Positions 11,401 to 25,774 of a stretch of 64,000 nucleotides of DNA are shown piece after piece. The DNA lies in NCBI GenBank assembly GCA_965153285.1, contig OZ229111.1, one strand, 5' to 3'. The notes beneath the pieces were generated by a model, which worked only from the letters and a program-made list of their open reading frames with translations, ran no database searches and was not told where the DNA came from. This DNA comes from Podarcis tiliguerta. Lineage: Eukaryota. How positions within the stretch are numbered: position 1 is the first letter of the stretch; each line of letters starts with the position of its first letter. Made by a program: the position numbers and the translations under genes.

Positions 11401-12770
11401 CTATAACACAAAACGAGAGTTTCAACATTTATAAAAACTAAGCAGTACATATCCTCAGTTTAGGTGCAACATTATACATATACTGCAGCATGCAACATTT
11501 TGTAGCTGTATTAGGACTCATTGTCTTAAACCTTGAGAAGTGCCAGCAGAAGGTGACTTTCCTGCCACTGCTACCTCCCCCCAGCAGCCCCACGAAAAAC
11601 CTCTCTTAAGAGTTAGGGGGTCCTCTTGAATAGGGTGGTATTTGCAGAGGGATGAGGGCAATCACTAAAATTGGGTGGTGGCACCTTTCACACATCACAA
11701 AGCTAGCAGCTAAGAACAGGAATAAGGACTGTTAATTAAACAGAACATTGTGGTGCAAGGGTAGAATCACGACTGCCACCTATGTACTGTTCCAAATAAA
11801 TCTGAGCTGGCTACTTAAATTTAATGCAAACATAGGGTTGCTTGACACCGTCACATTCCTTCACACATGAGCTTTGCCACGCCTGACCGTGCATGTGCCC
11901 AAACAAGACAGTGTAATTGTAAACTGGATGATACATGGATAAAATCACAACAGCAGCTATTTTCTCAGCTGCTGCAATAACAGTAATTAGGCAAAATTAC
12001 TAGAACACTGGGAGCACAACTTTGGCTGTATTAGAGAATGAAGAAGCTCTGAGGCCAGGACAACCTGTACCATTATATATGTGACTACTTCATTAGTGCT
12101 GCTATAAAGTCTATAGCGAGGAAGAGGTTGTAGGGCAGAACAGGAGCACTATGCAAGTCTTGTTAACTGTCTAACAAGGCAAGAAAAAAGAAAACAATGC
12201 ATGAGTTCTGCAATACACGGGGTGAATTCAAATGAACCACTGATGTGGAAACCTCTGTCCTCATTCACAGCTGTCACTTGCACATATTGAAAAGCTAGCC
12301 AATCTGTGTTGGAAATGCACAGTGAATATGCAGTAACATGAAAATTACCATCACCACATGCAAAAATATGCCAATCCAGTTTGTCTCATCTGCCACTATC
12401 CTAGTACTGAGCCCTCCCAAAATTAACATACTTGATTAAATTGATAGGTAGCAAGTAAGGAAGATTATCAGCTTACATTTCTCTTTAGCAGTGCTACCAG
12501 TACTGAGAAAAAAAATAAATCCATCATTTGCACACTTCACAGTAGAAGCGATTCCTCTGTAACTTGTATGAATGCAATAGTTTTTTGTTTTTGTTTTAAA
12601 AGGCCAAGCACTTAAATCCAGAGCATAAGATTATGAATTATGGCAGTAAAAGGACATTTTAAAGTTAACTAATGACCAAATCCATAGAAGCTGAAGACAC
12701 TTTGCTTCTGCACACACCTCTCCTGCTTTCCAGCTAGTCTTTCACAAATCATTCCCACAGTCCCATTTAC

Positions 12771-12882
12771 CTGTGAACTGTTGTTGATATGGATTCTGTG
12801 TCTGATCTTGGTATTGAGGGGGCGGTCGTGTTAGATGCCTCTGGAGCTGTTGCTGTTGTTCCTGATGATGCCTTTGCTTTTC
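12771..12882 (-). CDS. MAML1: MAML1 coding exon 4
   Basis: tgttttag|GAA...ACAG|gtaaat; 112 nt; EKQRHHQEQQQQLQRHLTRPPPQYQDQTQNPYQQQFT, with the conserved RHLTRPPPQYQD motif. Not in the ORF track. Confidence 0.96.
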
Positions 12883-13465
12883 CTAAAACAGGGCAGATGC
12901 AAGACTGTAAGAAAACACAGCCTAAACTTTGTCATAAACAATGCCTTAATGTAAACAGCAATGTTGTATATAGGTTGATTGCTGTCTCAAGCAGTCTACA
13001 ATCACATTAATAACATCATAAAAACAATTAAAGAAAAAATGCTACTGCTTAGTACGTAAGAAATACATGTATATCACAGAAGGTGCTAGAAAGGGAGTCA
13101 TATCTATAAAACAATGAGCTCCACTCAATAATAAACTGACATTCCACTAGGCAAACTGCCTAGAAGAATTTGAGAACAGTTAAGCCTTTTTATCTAAAAC
13201 AGAAGGGAATGTAGAATAACAGATTTTGCTTTTCACTGAAGTTCTTCACAGATTTTTTGTGCTGTAGTTCCTCTCTAGAAAATATGCTCCAAAGTAAAGG
13301 AAATGCAGTATTTTGAGGGACTCAACATCCACATTGCAATGCCTCCTCTCAAATAAATTTATTCAAGGGGAAGAATAGTGTGACATTTAATCCTGAGGAG
13401 GTTCATTCATCATTTTCAAGTACAATGAAAACATTCCTTTGGAATTCCAGCAATACATTGCTGTA

Positions 13466-13704
13466 CAGTGGTACCTTGGCTTACAGACGCTTCGGGTTAC
13501 GCTTTTTCAGGTTACGGATGTGCCGAAACCTGGAAGTACCGGAACAGGTTACTTCCAGGTTTTGGTGCTTGCGCAGAAGCACTAAATCATGCTTCACGCA
13601 TGCGTAGAAGCGCCAAATCACGTCATGAGCATGCGCAGACTTGGGGCTGCGAGTTGCGAATGTGCCTCCCGCATGGATCACGTTCGCAACCCGAGGTTCC
13701 ACTG
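13466..13704. mobile_element. Tc1/mariner (Tigger-like) MITE
   Basis: TA|cagtggtacct...aggttccactg|TA; CpG-rich; same family as 53290-53513 in the opposite orientation. Confidence 0.85.
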
Positions 13705-14641
13705 TACCTTCATTTTAAATAAATATGGTAGTACAGTATACCAGAACCATTTTTACACTGCACTGTGGGGGCTAGAGAACAGAATCTGGCCAGATCTCCC
13801 CCACCTCTCACAGGAATAATTTAACAAGTGGGCAGCACTGCCCTCCGGCTCTTTATTTGATGTCACAATGTCATCAGGAGAACATTTTTTTTCCATAAGG
13901 TCTGAAATCAAACTGCAACAAAGTGCCTTTCAAAACATTTCACAAGATGTGACAATCTGTTCATCAATGGATGAGCAATGCAAAGCACTTTGCAAGAGGC
14001 TTATCAAGCCCTGACAATAAGCTGATAGGCGGGTCCTGCCAAGTGCTTTGTAGAGCTACTAAATACTTTTTTGTTTAGGCAAGCTTATCCAGACATGTAG
14101 AAGCTGCTGAGTGTTTTAATTTCATTTTAGTTTATTTATTTTATTTTTGAATGTTTTGGATACTTGTTTTTAACTGCGCTTACTAATATTTATTGTTTTA
14201 TTCTTTTTGTAAACCAGTTTGAGGTGCTATTACAATCCTTTTTTTCTAACGATTTTTTTTTTTTTTTTTTTTTGCTAACCTTGGAGATCCATTCAAGTTT
14301 GCTGTTTGTGCGGGGAGGGGTTACCATTTTGGTTGCATAAGAATTCATATTTACCTCTGTGCTTTGTCAGGAGCTAATGAAAGATATCAGTGAGAGGAGA
14401 AAGGTGGTATGTGACTTTTTCTCTGTAATACGTGACTGTAATTCCCTCCATTTTTGTCTGTTTGCTTGTGGAGCAGGGAGAGTCTTCAGTATTATCAACA
14501 GGCAGAACTGAGCTGCTCTTATACAATCAGCAAAACCTTATTTAATATACAATAATCAGGTAACAGGAAGGAGTTCAAGTCCATCAAAATAATAAGACAA
14601 ATACAAAAAGGAAAAGTTACACTTATTCTGATGTCCCCTAC

Positions 14642-14905
14642 CTGTTCAGCAATTAGTTGCCTCTGCCCCATTATAAACTGTTTCTGTTGTTCCATTAGCA
14701 GTTGTTTTTGTTGCTGTTCCCTCTGTTTCTGCTGATCTAGTAGCATTTGGTGCTGCTGCTTCATTACAGCTGCTTGCTGCTGGCTGTTGAGATAGGCTGG
14801 ATTGCCATGGTTACCTGCCATGGAAACATTGGGTGACTGTGCATTCACACCAGAGCCGGGAACAGAAACAGGAATGCGAGGAACACCAGCAGAAGGATTT
14901 TGATC
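14642..14905 (-). CDS. MAML1: MAML1 coding exon 3 (Gln-rich)
   Basis: ttttgtag|GAT...CAG|gtaggg; 264 nt, phase 0/0; DQNPSAGVPRIP...YLNSQQQAAVMKQQHQMLLDQQKQREQQQK...QRQLIAEQ. Confidence 0.96.
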
Positions 14906-16851
14906 CTACAAAAGCAAACACATAAATTGGATGGAAAGCCTGGAATTCAATTTGGGAACACAGGATTAAATCTATGATTCTGCTTCTGATGGAGGACTTC
15001 TCATATATTCATAGCTATCTGCCAAGAAGTGATGCTCAACGTAATTTTAGTTTTGATTGAATTTTACTTTTAGTTTTGATTGAAATTCACTCTCTTATTA
15101 TGATGCCACCTTTGTGCAAAAGCACAAACCAGACAGGAGACCACAGAAGCATATTTCCATACATTATGAAGTGGGTGAGGAAGTATAGGTCAAAGTCCCT
15201 CTTCACCACCTGTGGGGGCCACTTACCAAAGAAAAATAGGTGTGGCTTTCACAGCACAAACACACACCACAGACTTACTACATACACACTGCACAAATAC
15301 ACATACAATACATATCTTACACAACACATGTGAGTGTGTGCGCGCGCACACGCATACACTCTCTCCCCCCCCTTCTCTCTCCTAGCAATTAGGCTTTTTC
15401 AAGCCCAACGGCTAGAGGAGGACTGCGGTGGCGGCGGCAGCAGCAGCACAAAGATCACCCTTTCAAAAAGTCTTTAAAAGTGACTACTGTTCTGCTTTCA
15501 GCAACTATTACAATGTAGCAAAGAAGATAAATGAAAGTACAGCAAGCCTGTCTAATAAAAATCTTCATTAAATTAAAAGCCACTTCTGAAGATGCAGCAA
15601 TCGTGCATCCTAACAGTGATATTGAAACAAAACCACACAATAAAGTCTGAGTCTGTTAATGTCTAGTGAGTGGTAAGCCAAGATCCATGAAATGGCCGCA
15701 TGGGGCAGCAACCATCCAGTGACAGGATTCAAGGAACCTCATTGTGAGAAGAAGCCCAAAGGGCATTTATAACCAAGAGGATTCATTAAATACAGCACTG
15801 AACAGAAACACAGCACACATACTTTCCAATAATAAGGAAAAGATATTGATTTCCTCTATGGGTTGCGCTCTCACTGGGGGAAACCCAACATTCTGATGCA
15901 GTTTAACAGTACCCACTATAATATATGTGATCTGGTACCCCTGAAGTAAGCCACTTTTGCAATATAACTTACATTACACTGTAATAACAGTCATATTATT
16001 CATTAAGGAGGTGGAAGCATTCTTTAAGCAAATTTCTGGTTGGCTTTTTAGACAATTTACACCAGAGATAGAATGTATCTCCTCACTGGTCAAAACAGTT
16101 ATCCATCTTCATTAAGAGGCATGTTTTTTCTGGCTCTAGGTTCCCATAAATATGCTGTGTGAGGTTCAATCTTTACCCTTGGATGATTTCAAGGAAATGA
16201 AGACTAATAAAGCCCTATATGCAGTGTTAGAAACTGAGATATGAACGCTAAGAGCTAAATGGCATCTTAAACCTAGATTATGGGCACCGCCGCAATGGAG
16301 TGTCTAGGCATGCTTTTCTTTAACAAGAATACAAAGCTGAAAATGAATGAACTGCAGCTAAAATCTTATGTTCATTTTTCACATGGTCTAGTCCTCATCT
16401 TAAGACTGCATAAAACAAAACCACACTTCCCCTAATATTCTTATGAGGGTCCCTTCTCCAGTCTTCAGAGTAACTAGAAATATCACATAAGAAACTTCAA
16501 TCCTAGTCATACCTATTCAAACAAAATAATCAGAGCAATAAAAAGATTTCCTAAAATTTAATTAGATCCTATTTATCAGATCTTGAAGAACTGTACCCGT
16601 TTATAAAGATCATTGCAGTGACTATTTTGGAACAGAAATAGTATATTATCGTGGCATTTATCTTTTCAGAGAATATGAGAAACAGTATGTTTCTTTCTCA
16701 ATTAAGACTGTTGCTATTTGTCATGTCCAGTGTACTATTTTACATTAAGCTCTAAAATATGCACCTTACAATGGAACTACTTTGCATGGCTGCTCTACTT
16801 ATTCAGCCCTCCTCATTTACGATTACCAAACCTTCTACTTCAAACACTTAC

Positions 16852-18249
16852 CTGGCTGTGTGGCCCTAGAGGTCTATAAGCAGTATTTCCAGACTTCTTC
16901 ATTACAAACATCCCATTCTGCTCATCGCTCATATGAGGCAGAGTGGGTTGCTGACGCTGCTGCATGTATGCCAACATTGGAGACTTGTTCTGTCCAGATA
17001 CTGTAACTCCTTGACCGCATTCTTTGTAATGTGAAAGAGGTTTCGTATTCCCATAGTCTAGCACAGAGTTTTGACTAGATACAGAGTTCTGGTTTAAGCT
17101 GTTTGGCTGATGGCTTAACATATTTCCACCATGATAATTAACTCCAGCCCTCGGAGAACTCTTGTTTGGCATACTAGACATCATGAGTTTCTGGTTATTG
17201 AAGTCCTGTTGGTAAACTGAAGGGCTAGTGGGATTTTCCATAGTGTATGAAACAGCTAATGGACTGTGTGAAGGTCCAGACTGCTGCCAGCTAGGAATCT
17301 GGTTGGGTTGATGGACTTGCTGTTGGTTCTGCAACAGCTGATCTCTCTTCTGCTTAGCAGCTATCTGTTGAAGCTGTTTAGCAGATGACATCTCTTTGGC
17401 ACCCCCTGTATTTTGACCAGATAACAATGAACTAGGAAGAGGCCTCTGAATATTCTGAGACTGGCTTGACTGCTGCATCATGGACTGGTTGGAATTTTCA
17501 GCTACTGACTGACTGGAAGGCTGAACCATAGTTTGAGAATTACTAACTGATGGAGAAGCAGCACTAACAGAAGAGGTACCAATGAACGTTGTGCCTGCAG
17601 AAGTAGATCTGACTTGTGGGGATCCCATCTGCTCTTGTTCAAAGTCTGCTGGGGAAAATTCAGTCTTGATAATGATGTCCTGTGGTAATGGAGTTTGTGC
17701 AGCTGAATTTGAAGCATCAACATCCTTCTTTTCCTCAAAGTCTTCTGTAAATAGATCTTTCATATCCTCATCAGGCACGGATCTGTTAAGTTCATCAATG
17801 AGCTCCTTCCACTCTTGCTCATTAAGGTTAAGATCAGACATCAAATTATTCTGAGATATTGAACTTCCTGGTCCCGTAATCATACAAGGAAGGTCATCTG
17901 GTTCTTGTTTAAGCTCCTTGTTAATAACCATAGCAAAGGGGTCATCAGCATCACTGTTTCCATTCAGCTGAAGGTTAGAGTCTGGCAGACACTTTTTGTT
18001 GATGCCATCTAGACCCATGGAATGTTTTCCATTAAGCTGTAAGGTGTCTCCACCAGAAGATTTGCTGTCAAGCTGGTGCAGAGGTGATGCAGGAGGGATT
18101 CCATTAGAGGAGCCACTCAATCCAACAAGACCATCATCATGACGCAATTTCTTGGGAACAGAAAACATGTCCCCATAGCCATTCTGCTGGTCGCCATTCT
18201 GCGGTGAAACGGAACTATCAAGTTTCCTTTTGACTGTTTCATGAAGCTG
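16852..18249 (-). CDS. MAML1: MAML1 coding exon 2
   Basis: Acceptor ctttcag|cag|CTT (NAGNAG; alternative start 18246), donor CAG|gtaagt; LHETVKRKLDSSVSPQNGDQQNGYGD, KELKQEP, LNLNEQEWKELIDELNRSVPDEDMKDLF are MAML1 motifs. Confidence 0.97.
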
Positions 18250-21200
18250 CTGAAAGAGAGACAGTTCTAAATTAGTTTTATACCTCACACCAAGTGCCAT
18301 TTTGGTTTTTTAGTCTAGAAATCATTCTTTTAGCTACCAAGCATCATCGTTTTCACTGCAGTTGAAAAATTGCAGGGGAATAAAATCCCCTTTTCTTTAA
18401 CTACTTAAAACCATGTGATTTAAAAACCTGTTTGCTTTGGAGTTACAAAAATGCAACAAGACTTGCATCTTTCAAGGTAACACCTAAGGCAACCTTGGAT
18501 ATCTTTCCCCCACATCCCCCCGACAATGCTTTCTTTGCCTGGGCTCCAACACCATTATGAAGTATAACCTGAGAACTCAGTGAAAAGTCTGAAAGCATCA
18601 GATTACAGAAATGCTGAAGCAGCTTTAGACCTGATCAATCCCTTGTATGGGAGAGCACTGGAAGCCCCATATAACAAAATAAAATAATTATACATAAATG
18701 TTTTTAGAATTTACAAACAATGTACCTGTTAACTCTAAAGGGCTAATGCTGCAAAAGAGCACGTACATGCAACTCCCACAGGGCTGGCCTGCATTGCAAC
18801 ACAAGGCAGCCATGCAAGAGCTGTCCACCAATTCACAGCTCGCTTTGCCCTTCTACTCAAACAATTACTCAGGCTTTTACAGTAGAATATACAGTTGTAA
18901 TAGCACTTCACCAGCACAGCAGGTCATGGCAGAACAAAGCTCACCATGGAGCAAACAAGCTACAGATGATACAGTTTGACACACAAAAAAAAGTTGACTG
19001 AGGATAATTGCTACTATTGCTACTCACCACAGTCTAGTAGCAAGCTGCATTATGCTCCTCAGAAAATTCGCCACTCAACCAACCTATGTTTTTATGACTA
19101 ATAGGCAAGCATTTACAAATCTACACTTTAACTTCCAACTTTAAAAAAGAAGAGAAATGATTCAGAGTAGATAATATTCCTCTTCAGAATTTTATTATAA
19201 TAATTGGGGGGAGGGATATTACAAATTTACAGCAGACTAGTGTTCCAAGAAATATAAAAAGCTTAACAGAAGCAATTACAGATCTGTTTACCTCAAAAGA
19301 CTGGGTTTTTCCTGAAGGCACTAGACTTACTTTAAACATTCAAACTTTCCTCTTGAGGTAAGGTGTAATTTTATACCAGTTTATTTCAGGTAGCCCCAAA
19401 CCTGAGAGGATTGTATTTGGTGCAAAATATTATATAACAGCAATGGAAGGTTGCACTCAACACAAATCTCATCAATTGACCAATGAAATTGGCTTATTAA
19501 GCAGGAAATTGAATTTCATACTCCCTAGAGTCTTGACCCCCATTTTACCCCCTTGTGGACATTTCAGCATCTCTAGCATGTAACAAATAATCCGTAGAAC
19601 TTCACCAGCAAGTGTTGTCTGTATTTTTGGAATTGCTGCACCATTAAATCTATTTAGAAAAAGTAGCAAAACAATTTAGCTTTGTTTCCAATACTAGAAT
19701 TCTCATTCAAATGTTTTAATTCAGGAACATATTCCTATAATGTGGGTACTTTTTTTAAAAAAAACCTACTATTTAATGGAATGCAAGTAATAATTAGTAG
19801 CAAAACAAGATGCGGTACAGTTCTGGACAACACAATGTACACCTATATTTAAGAATTGCTTTAAGGACATTCTAAAATTCTCTATAAGAGGCCTAGTTAT
19901 GTGGCACAACAGGGAATGCAAAGAAATTCAGTGGATTTGGCAAGCGTTTCAAGCAGTGTTGTTTAACTGATTATTAAACTCTTATCCAATTTTCACCTAT
20001 ATGCTATGTCAGTGCTCCTCTACCCCTTTTCCTTTGGTTATTGTTTTATTCCTCCATTGGATCAATATTTTTCCCCATTTAAAGTTAACTACCTTCAGTT
20101 GGAGAGAACCTTTGGGTTCAAGGGCAGAATACAATCATAATAAATAAGAACTAAGAAGATATTGAACTTCCTGTATTTTCAATTATCATATTATTTGCAT
20201 TTTGGTGACCCTCCTGCCCATCAATAAAATATTACTACCTTGTAATTTTCCAAACCCATGCAACAGTATTTTCAGTGAAACGCATATAAGAACACGTAAA
20301 CATGCATTACTTTCAGTTACTATTAGATTTTCGGAGGCAGACCACATTGCTGACCTACTCCACACAATTTGTAAAATCAACTTTTGCTATGTATTTTCAT
20401 TTCCTTAGTCTTATCTGACTACAAACTAACTGGTCTATGTTCCTATAGCACAAGATGATAAATTTACTAGTGAACATTTTCTTCCCACAGCAATTGCATT
20501 TGAAGATCCATGCTCTGTTCATGAGCTATGATGCAATTTCTTATTTTGTAGTGCCCTCTAGATGTAACTAAAGGAAACAGCAATTTGTTTAGCCCTTTAA
20601 GTCCACAATGTCTTATTTGTTCCCTGGTACTATCCTCAAACTACAATATTAATAAGTAATCTCTTCTCCCATGGATCAGTTGCAAAAAAAGATTTTCTAC
20701 CAATTTTTAAGGTAATGGAATCTTACCTACTACAATCTTACCTCGGCAAAAGAACAAGAGCTGTGACATCTAATATATTAACAGATTGTTTCTGTTATAA
20801 GCTTTTGTGGACTACTGCCCACTACACACACAAACACAAAGAAAAAAACCAGTGAGGCTAAATGGCCACAAATTCAGTCTGTACAGCAGGACTGTTGTTT
20901 TCTCTGCAGCAAGCTAACATGGCTACTCCTCTGGAAGATGTTATGTCTATACAGTCCGAGTTGCACTCAACACTACGCAAGGGGATTTGCACTTGCACAA
21001 TGAGACTTCCCCCTCTTCTCACCGTGCGCTCCCAAAATCTGATCTGGAGGGTGCTCCAACCTTCTGGGGCAGATTTTGAGGGGGCATGGGGGCTGGAAGG
21101 AGAGGAGGAAAGTTTCACTGTGCAGGTCTGCTGGGTGAGCAGGACAGCAGAATTGGATACAATCTGCATACTGCTAAAGAGCTTTAGCACACAAAGTACT

Positions 21201-23644
21201 GTAGAAAAATGCTGTACTGTATACATATTAGAAGAGAAAATGAAAGCCTCTGCTTATCCTAAGTAAACCTGCCCTAAGAAGATAAAAACTATTTTAAAGT
21301 ATAGCCTGTGTATAAGTAGTAGGGGGGAAGTCCTATCATCGGAGTCCTCTAAAAAAGAAGCAAAGTCTGTCAATATTTAAGACTGAGGCAACTTCATCCA
21401 TTTTTCTAACTCTGCGTTGAAAAGATCCTTCATTTTTTTGTGGTTATACAAAACTACAGTGAGTCAGTGAAATATTTGAGATTTGTACTGATATAAGTTT
21501 TTTGTGAGCAGCCTGCACTAATTTGAAATGCAACCATTGATCTAAAGGGATATGTTATACAAAATCATTTTTCTACTAGAATATCACTTTAGTGCAATGA
21601 AGTAATATTGTACTTTAACATTGGGACAAATGCATATTATCTGTTTTGCTAGGTGCAAAAAGCTTACAAAGCTTCTATATGTGCCCAAATGTAGAAAAAA
21701 CAGATACATGTGCCCTTGTCACAACTTATACTTTACTGTTCCTACTTGATACTGCCATCTGGATGTGAAAACCATCTTGTGTTAAGTGGCTTTGAGGAAG
21801 CATCTTAGGTCAAACTTCTTAATTTTGATTTTCAAGCTAGTTCAGATGGTGCATTTTCCAGCTTATTTGCAAAAACAATTGTATATTCACTCTAGTTCTA
21901 GTGGCTGCTTTTGTGAGCTGGGATTTTTGTGCCACTTTACTAACTTTTCAGACCTTCACAACTTGTCACCTGCCAGGTGCTCATCAATCCCACTATATTG
22001 CAGTCCCAGTCAGACAGCCAAAAACAAGAACTTGAGGATGTATTTTAATTGATTGTCTGATTTTATGTTACTGTATTATACATTTGATGTTAGCCGCTCT
22101 GAGCCCGGCTTCGGCTGGGGAGGGTGGGATATAAATAAAATTTATTATTATTATTATTGATGCTCCTGGCACACTGCCAAACATGTCCACATTTAGCTTT
22201 GTGGCTTTTATAAGCCTGATTTAAACATCATAGTACGGTAGTAATAAAAGAAACTGTACTTGTCCAAGTTTCCCCTTCACTATAACTCTTGAAAGGAATT
22301 CTATTTCAAATTATACAGCTACAAGTGTAGAGTGAACTCACTTGCAATAATTTCACTTAAGAATGAGCTACTGTATAATAATAAATAAATCTTATACTAC
22401 TAGTTACAAACTCATTCTCTAGGGATGATCTGTATGTAGCAAAAAAAACACCATTCACCCACAAGAGGGCGCTATCAGCTTACTTGAGGGGACCCCCCCC
22501 TAAGGGAGCAAAATACACTCTCCAAAAACACACAATAAGGACTGAGCATCCTCAGTGGCTACAAAATGCTACAAGCTGGATGCAGGTCAGCAGCAGAAAA
22601 GAGAATTCTGGGGAAAGAAATGGCTGCCTGGTACTCTACATGGGAGCACTCTACACTGTTGTGGTTCTCATTTGTTTTTCTGTGTTACAAAACTATTTCA
22701 CTGCAAACTTAACACAAACAAAGAAAGAATGCAACAGTGCATCACTCTTAATTAGTCTCAGTTTAACCAGAATACTGTGAACATCACAATAGTGTTCTAT
22801 GACTTTGCACATGCATGAACTTTGTATTCCATTCTTTAAGAATCATGTATTTGGCAGTCTACAAAAAATGGGCAAAATCTACACTACCATGTACAGCTCT
22901 CTCCAGAGAGCAGTTTACAACAGTTTGGCAAGTGAGTCAGATAGCAGCCCCACCAAAGTATGCCAAGGCGAGAAAAACCTGTTCTAAAATGAAAATTCAA
23001 AGGAGAGGAAACAACTGGAAAATAATTCAATACTATCTGCCGAGATACTACATCCTGTTGATCAGTTTAATTGATGCCAGACAATTACACTGAATTAAAA
23101 ATTAATTAAATTATTGTTCTAGCAGTATGTGTATATTTAACACCCTGATAAGTCTTTCTAAAAAATATTCTATTCTCTGCTTTCTGAACAGAATAAAAAG
23201 GGAAATACTGGACAATTTGTCTGAAGAGCAATAAAAATGTATTCATCTGCTAATAACAGTGTTGATAATTCCTTTATTTCCTACAAGAGTACAATTATTA
23301 TTGTTGTTGTTGTTATTATTTATTGAATTTATATACCACCCTATACCCAGGGGTCTCAGGGCAGTTCACAATATGAATTATATCCCCTAATCAAATGTTA
23401 TTTGATCTACAATAGAGATCAACAGTTTTCTAAAATATTGTAAATATAAAATATTTTAAAACACTTATTTCTATATTCTACATACTTCAGTTAGCAGCAC
23501 TGAAATATAAGCAGATTCAGAACCATGTTAACAATTTGTTCCCAATGCACAAACACACAACGACCTATCTGAAGGAAAAAACAAATCTGAACGGACTTTA
23601 ATGATAGAGCCTTTATTCCTGAGGTCAACCTATTAGTGATAAGA

Positions 23645-23803
23645 CTTCCCGTGTATAAGACTAGGTTTCCCCCCCTTAAAAATAATGTCAAAAATTAGGG
23701 GGTGTCTTATACTCTGGACCATCTCCCCCCATTTTCTTAAATCTGAGTCCCCCAAAATAGGGGGCATCTTATACATGGGGTCATCTAATAGACGGAAAAA
23801 TAG
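23645..23803. mobile_element. Tc1/mariner-type MITE remnant
   Basis: Imperfect inverted ends ttcccgtgtataagac / tctaatagacggaaaaata and internal aaaattagggggtgtcttatac repeats. Confidence 0.55.
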
Positions 23804-25774
23804 GTTAATTCACAGCTACAGTAAAAACTTTTTTTTAAAATCAGAACTTCTGTGACTTGTGAAATAAAATGCTAGCTGGTCCACCTCTTTTAAAGTCGAA
23901 CAGCATTACTAGTTGCTCTGAGTGCTTTATATCACAGAAAACACCATTACAGTAGAATGAAATGAGACTTGCGAGAAGACAGCATTTAAACTGCCAATAG
24001 CAGACAGACCAGTAAACAACACCCTACCTCAACTTGTTGTGCAACAAGTTAATCAGCTTGTTAGCAGAAACTTCTATCCAAGCACTGAAAGCAATTGTGT
24101 GTGTAATCCCACAAAATGGTCTGCAGTCATTCCACCTCCACACCTTGCATTACTTCAGGCAGCCAAAGCAGATCTTAGGCATGCCTGGAAGGCAACTATC
24201 ACACAGCTTACAGGCAATGTAACTGCTATCAGTACTGTCCTGTCTCTAATCAATCACAAAATCTCGCAGTCAGGATGGATACAACTGCTTGGGGCAGTGG
24301 CACTGCCTGCAAAATTTCTGGGTCCCAAGTTCACCTATGTATACCAAACCATGAGTCCCTGAACTACAGAAGTGAGTAAGGTCAATGACAGACCTCTGAT
24401 GAGAGAATAGTACAGAAACATGTAGATACCGCTATTTTGTTGGTAAGTGCCTACATGTAAAAGGGAGAACATTAATTTCAGAACACACAACAGGATCATC
24501 GTCATTGCGAGGGTACTTTAATTAAAACTTGTTTATGTTTCAGTACACTAATAAGCAATAAAAAGCAAACAGTGTTCTTGTTGACAACATACAGCTCTTG
24601 CCTGCAAGTGATTCAAGTTGTCAGTACCAACAGTAGTACGGGGAAAGGATATATACTGGTTAAATTTTAAAAAGGTGCTCACAATCTTAATAAACACAGA
24701 ACATAATTTCCATAGGGTTCAACCCTAATGTGCTCACTGGAGCTCTGCTGGTGCTTGCAGCCACTTGTGTGCCTTGAAAAGCTGTTTCAGAGTGGGGAGG
24801 GAGGGCCTCCAGAAAAGCAAGGGAAATGCTAATGAGAGATGCTGGGGCAATGAGGAATCACTGCAATTGCTGCTCCTCTCTCTTCCCACAGCAAAGAACC
24901 TCTGCTGGATCTGTTCCTTGCCTCAACATAAACAAGGGAGGGACTTAGATTCTAAGTTCCTATGAGTGCAAGTCCACACCTGGGGTACTGCCACTACCTG
25001 ACTACCAGAAGTGGGGAAAGGTGATATTTGCCTGTGCCCCAGTAAAATCTCTTCCAGAAGGCTGGCGGATCCTCTGAAACAGCATGGGAGGTGGATGGAC
25101 TCATGTCACTTTCATGAACAGAAGAAACCATTCCATTTGTGGAAAGGCAACTAAGGATGTAAGGTTTGACATAATTTTCAGTTGTGGTGGTATCTTATTC
25201 ATTGATAAAATGTCCCCAACTTCTGCTCATTACCACACTTAATGGTAAAGCAATTTGGAGTTTGACTGCTCAAAAATAGGGGCAGATCCATCCACATCAC
25301 TTCCAGCAGTGCTTAAGAATATTGTTTGGTTTGAAAGAAAAACCTTGATGGTGAGAAATACCATCAAGCATATAGTTTGCACATTAGTTCCTTGTTGCTA
25401 AACCAGAAAGGGCAGATAACCAGATTGTATGGTACTTATAGCCATATAAGTGCTTTTTTTCTGTTAAAATATAGATTGTAGATCATCTAAAAATTAGAAG
25501 TTTAACCCATACTATATGGTCACATTGTGTATGGTCCAACTGTTCAAAAGTAAGCATAAAGTTGTTAGTATCCACCCTTCACCCTAACATCTCAGGGCGA
25601 GTTACAACAATTAAAACACAATGTTAAAAACAGTTAGTCATTAGAAGGTCATTAAGAGGTCTAATCAGGCTTTTCTTACCCTTTTGCTTTCCTTTTGGCA
25701 TAGATATCAACACCTGAAAATAATCAGGTGATGTGGAAATTCAAAACCAAAAGGCTTAAGGGAAAATACTAGAG

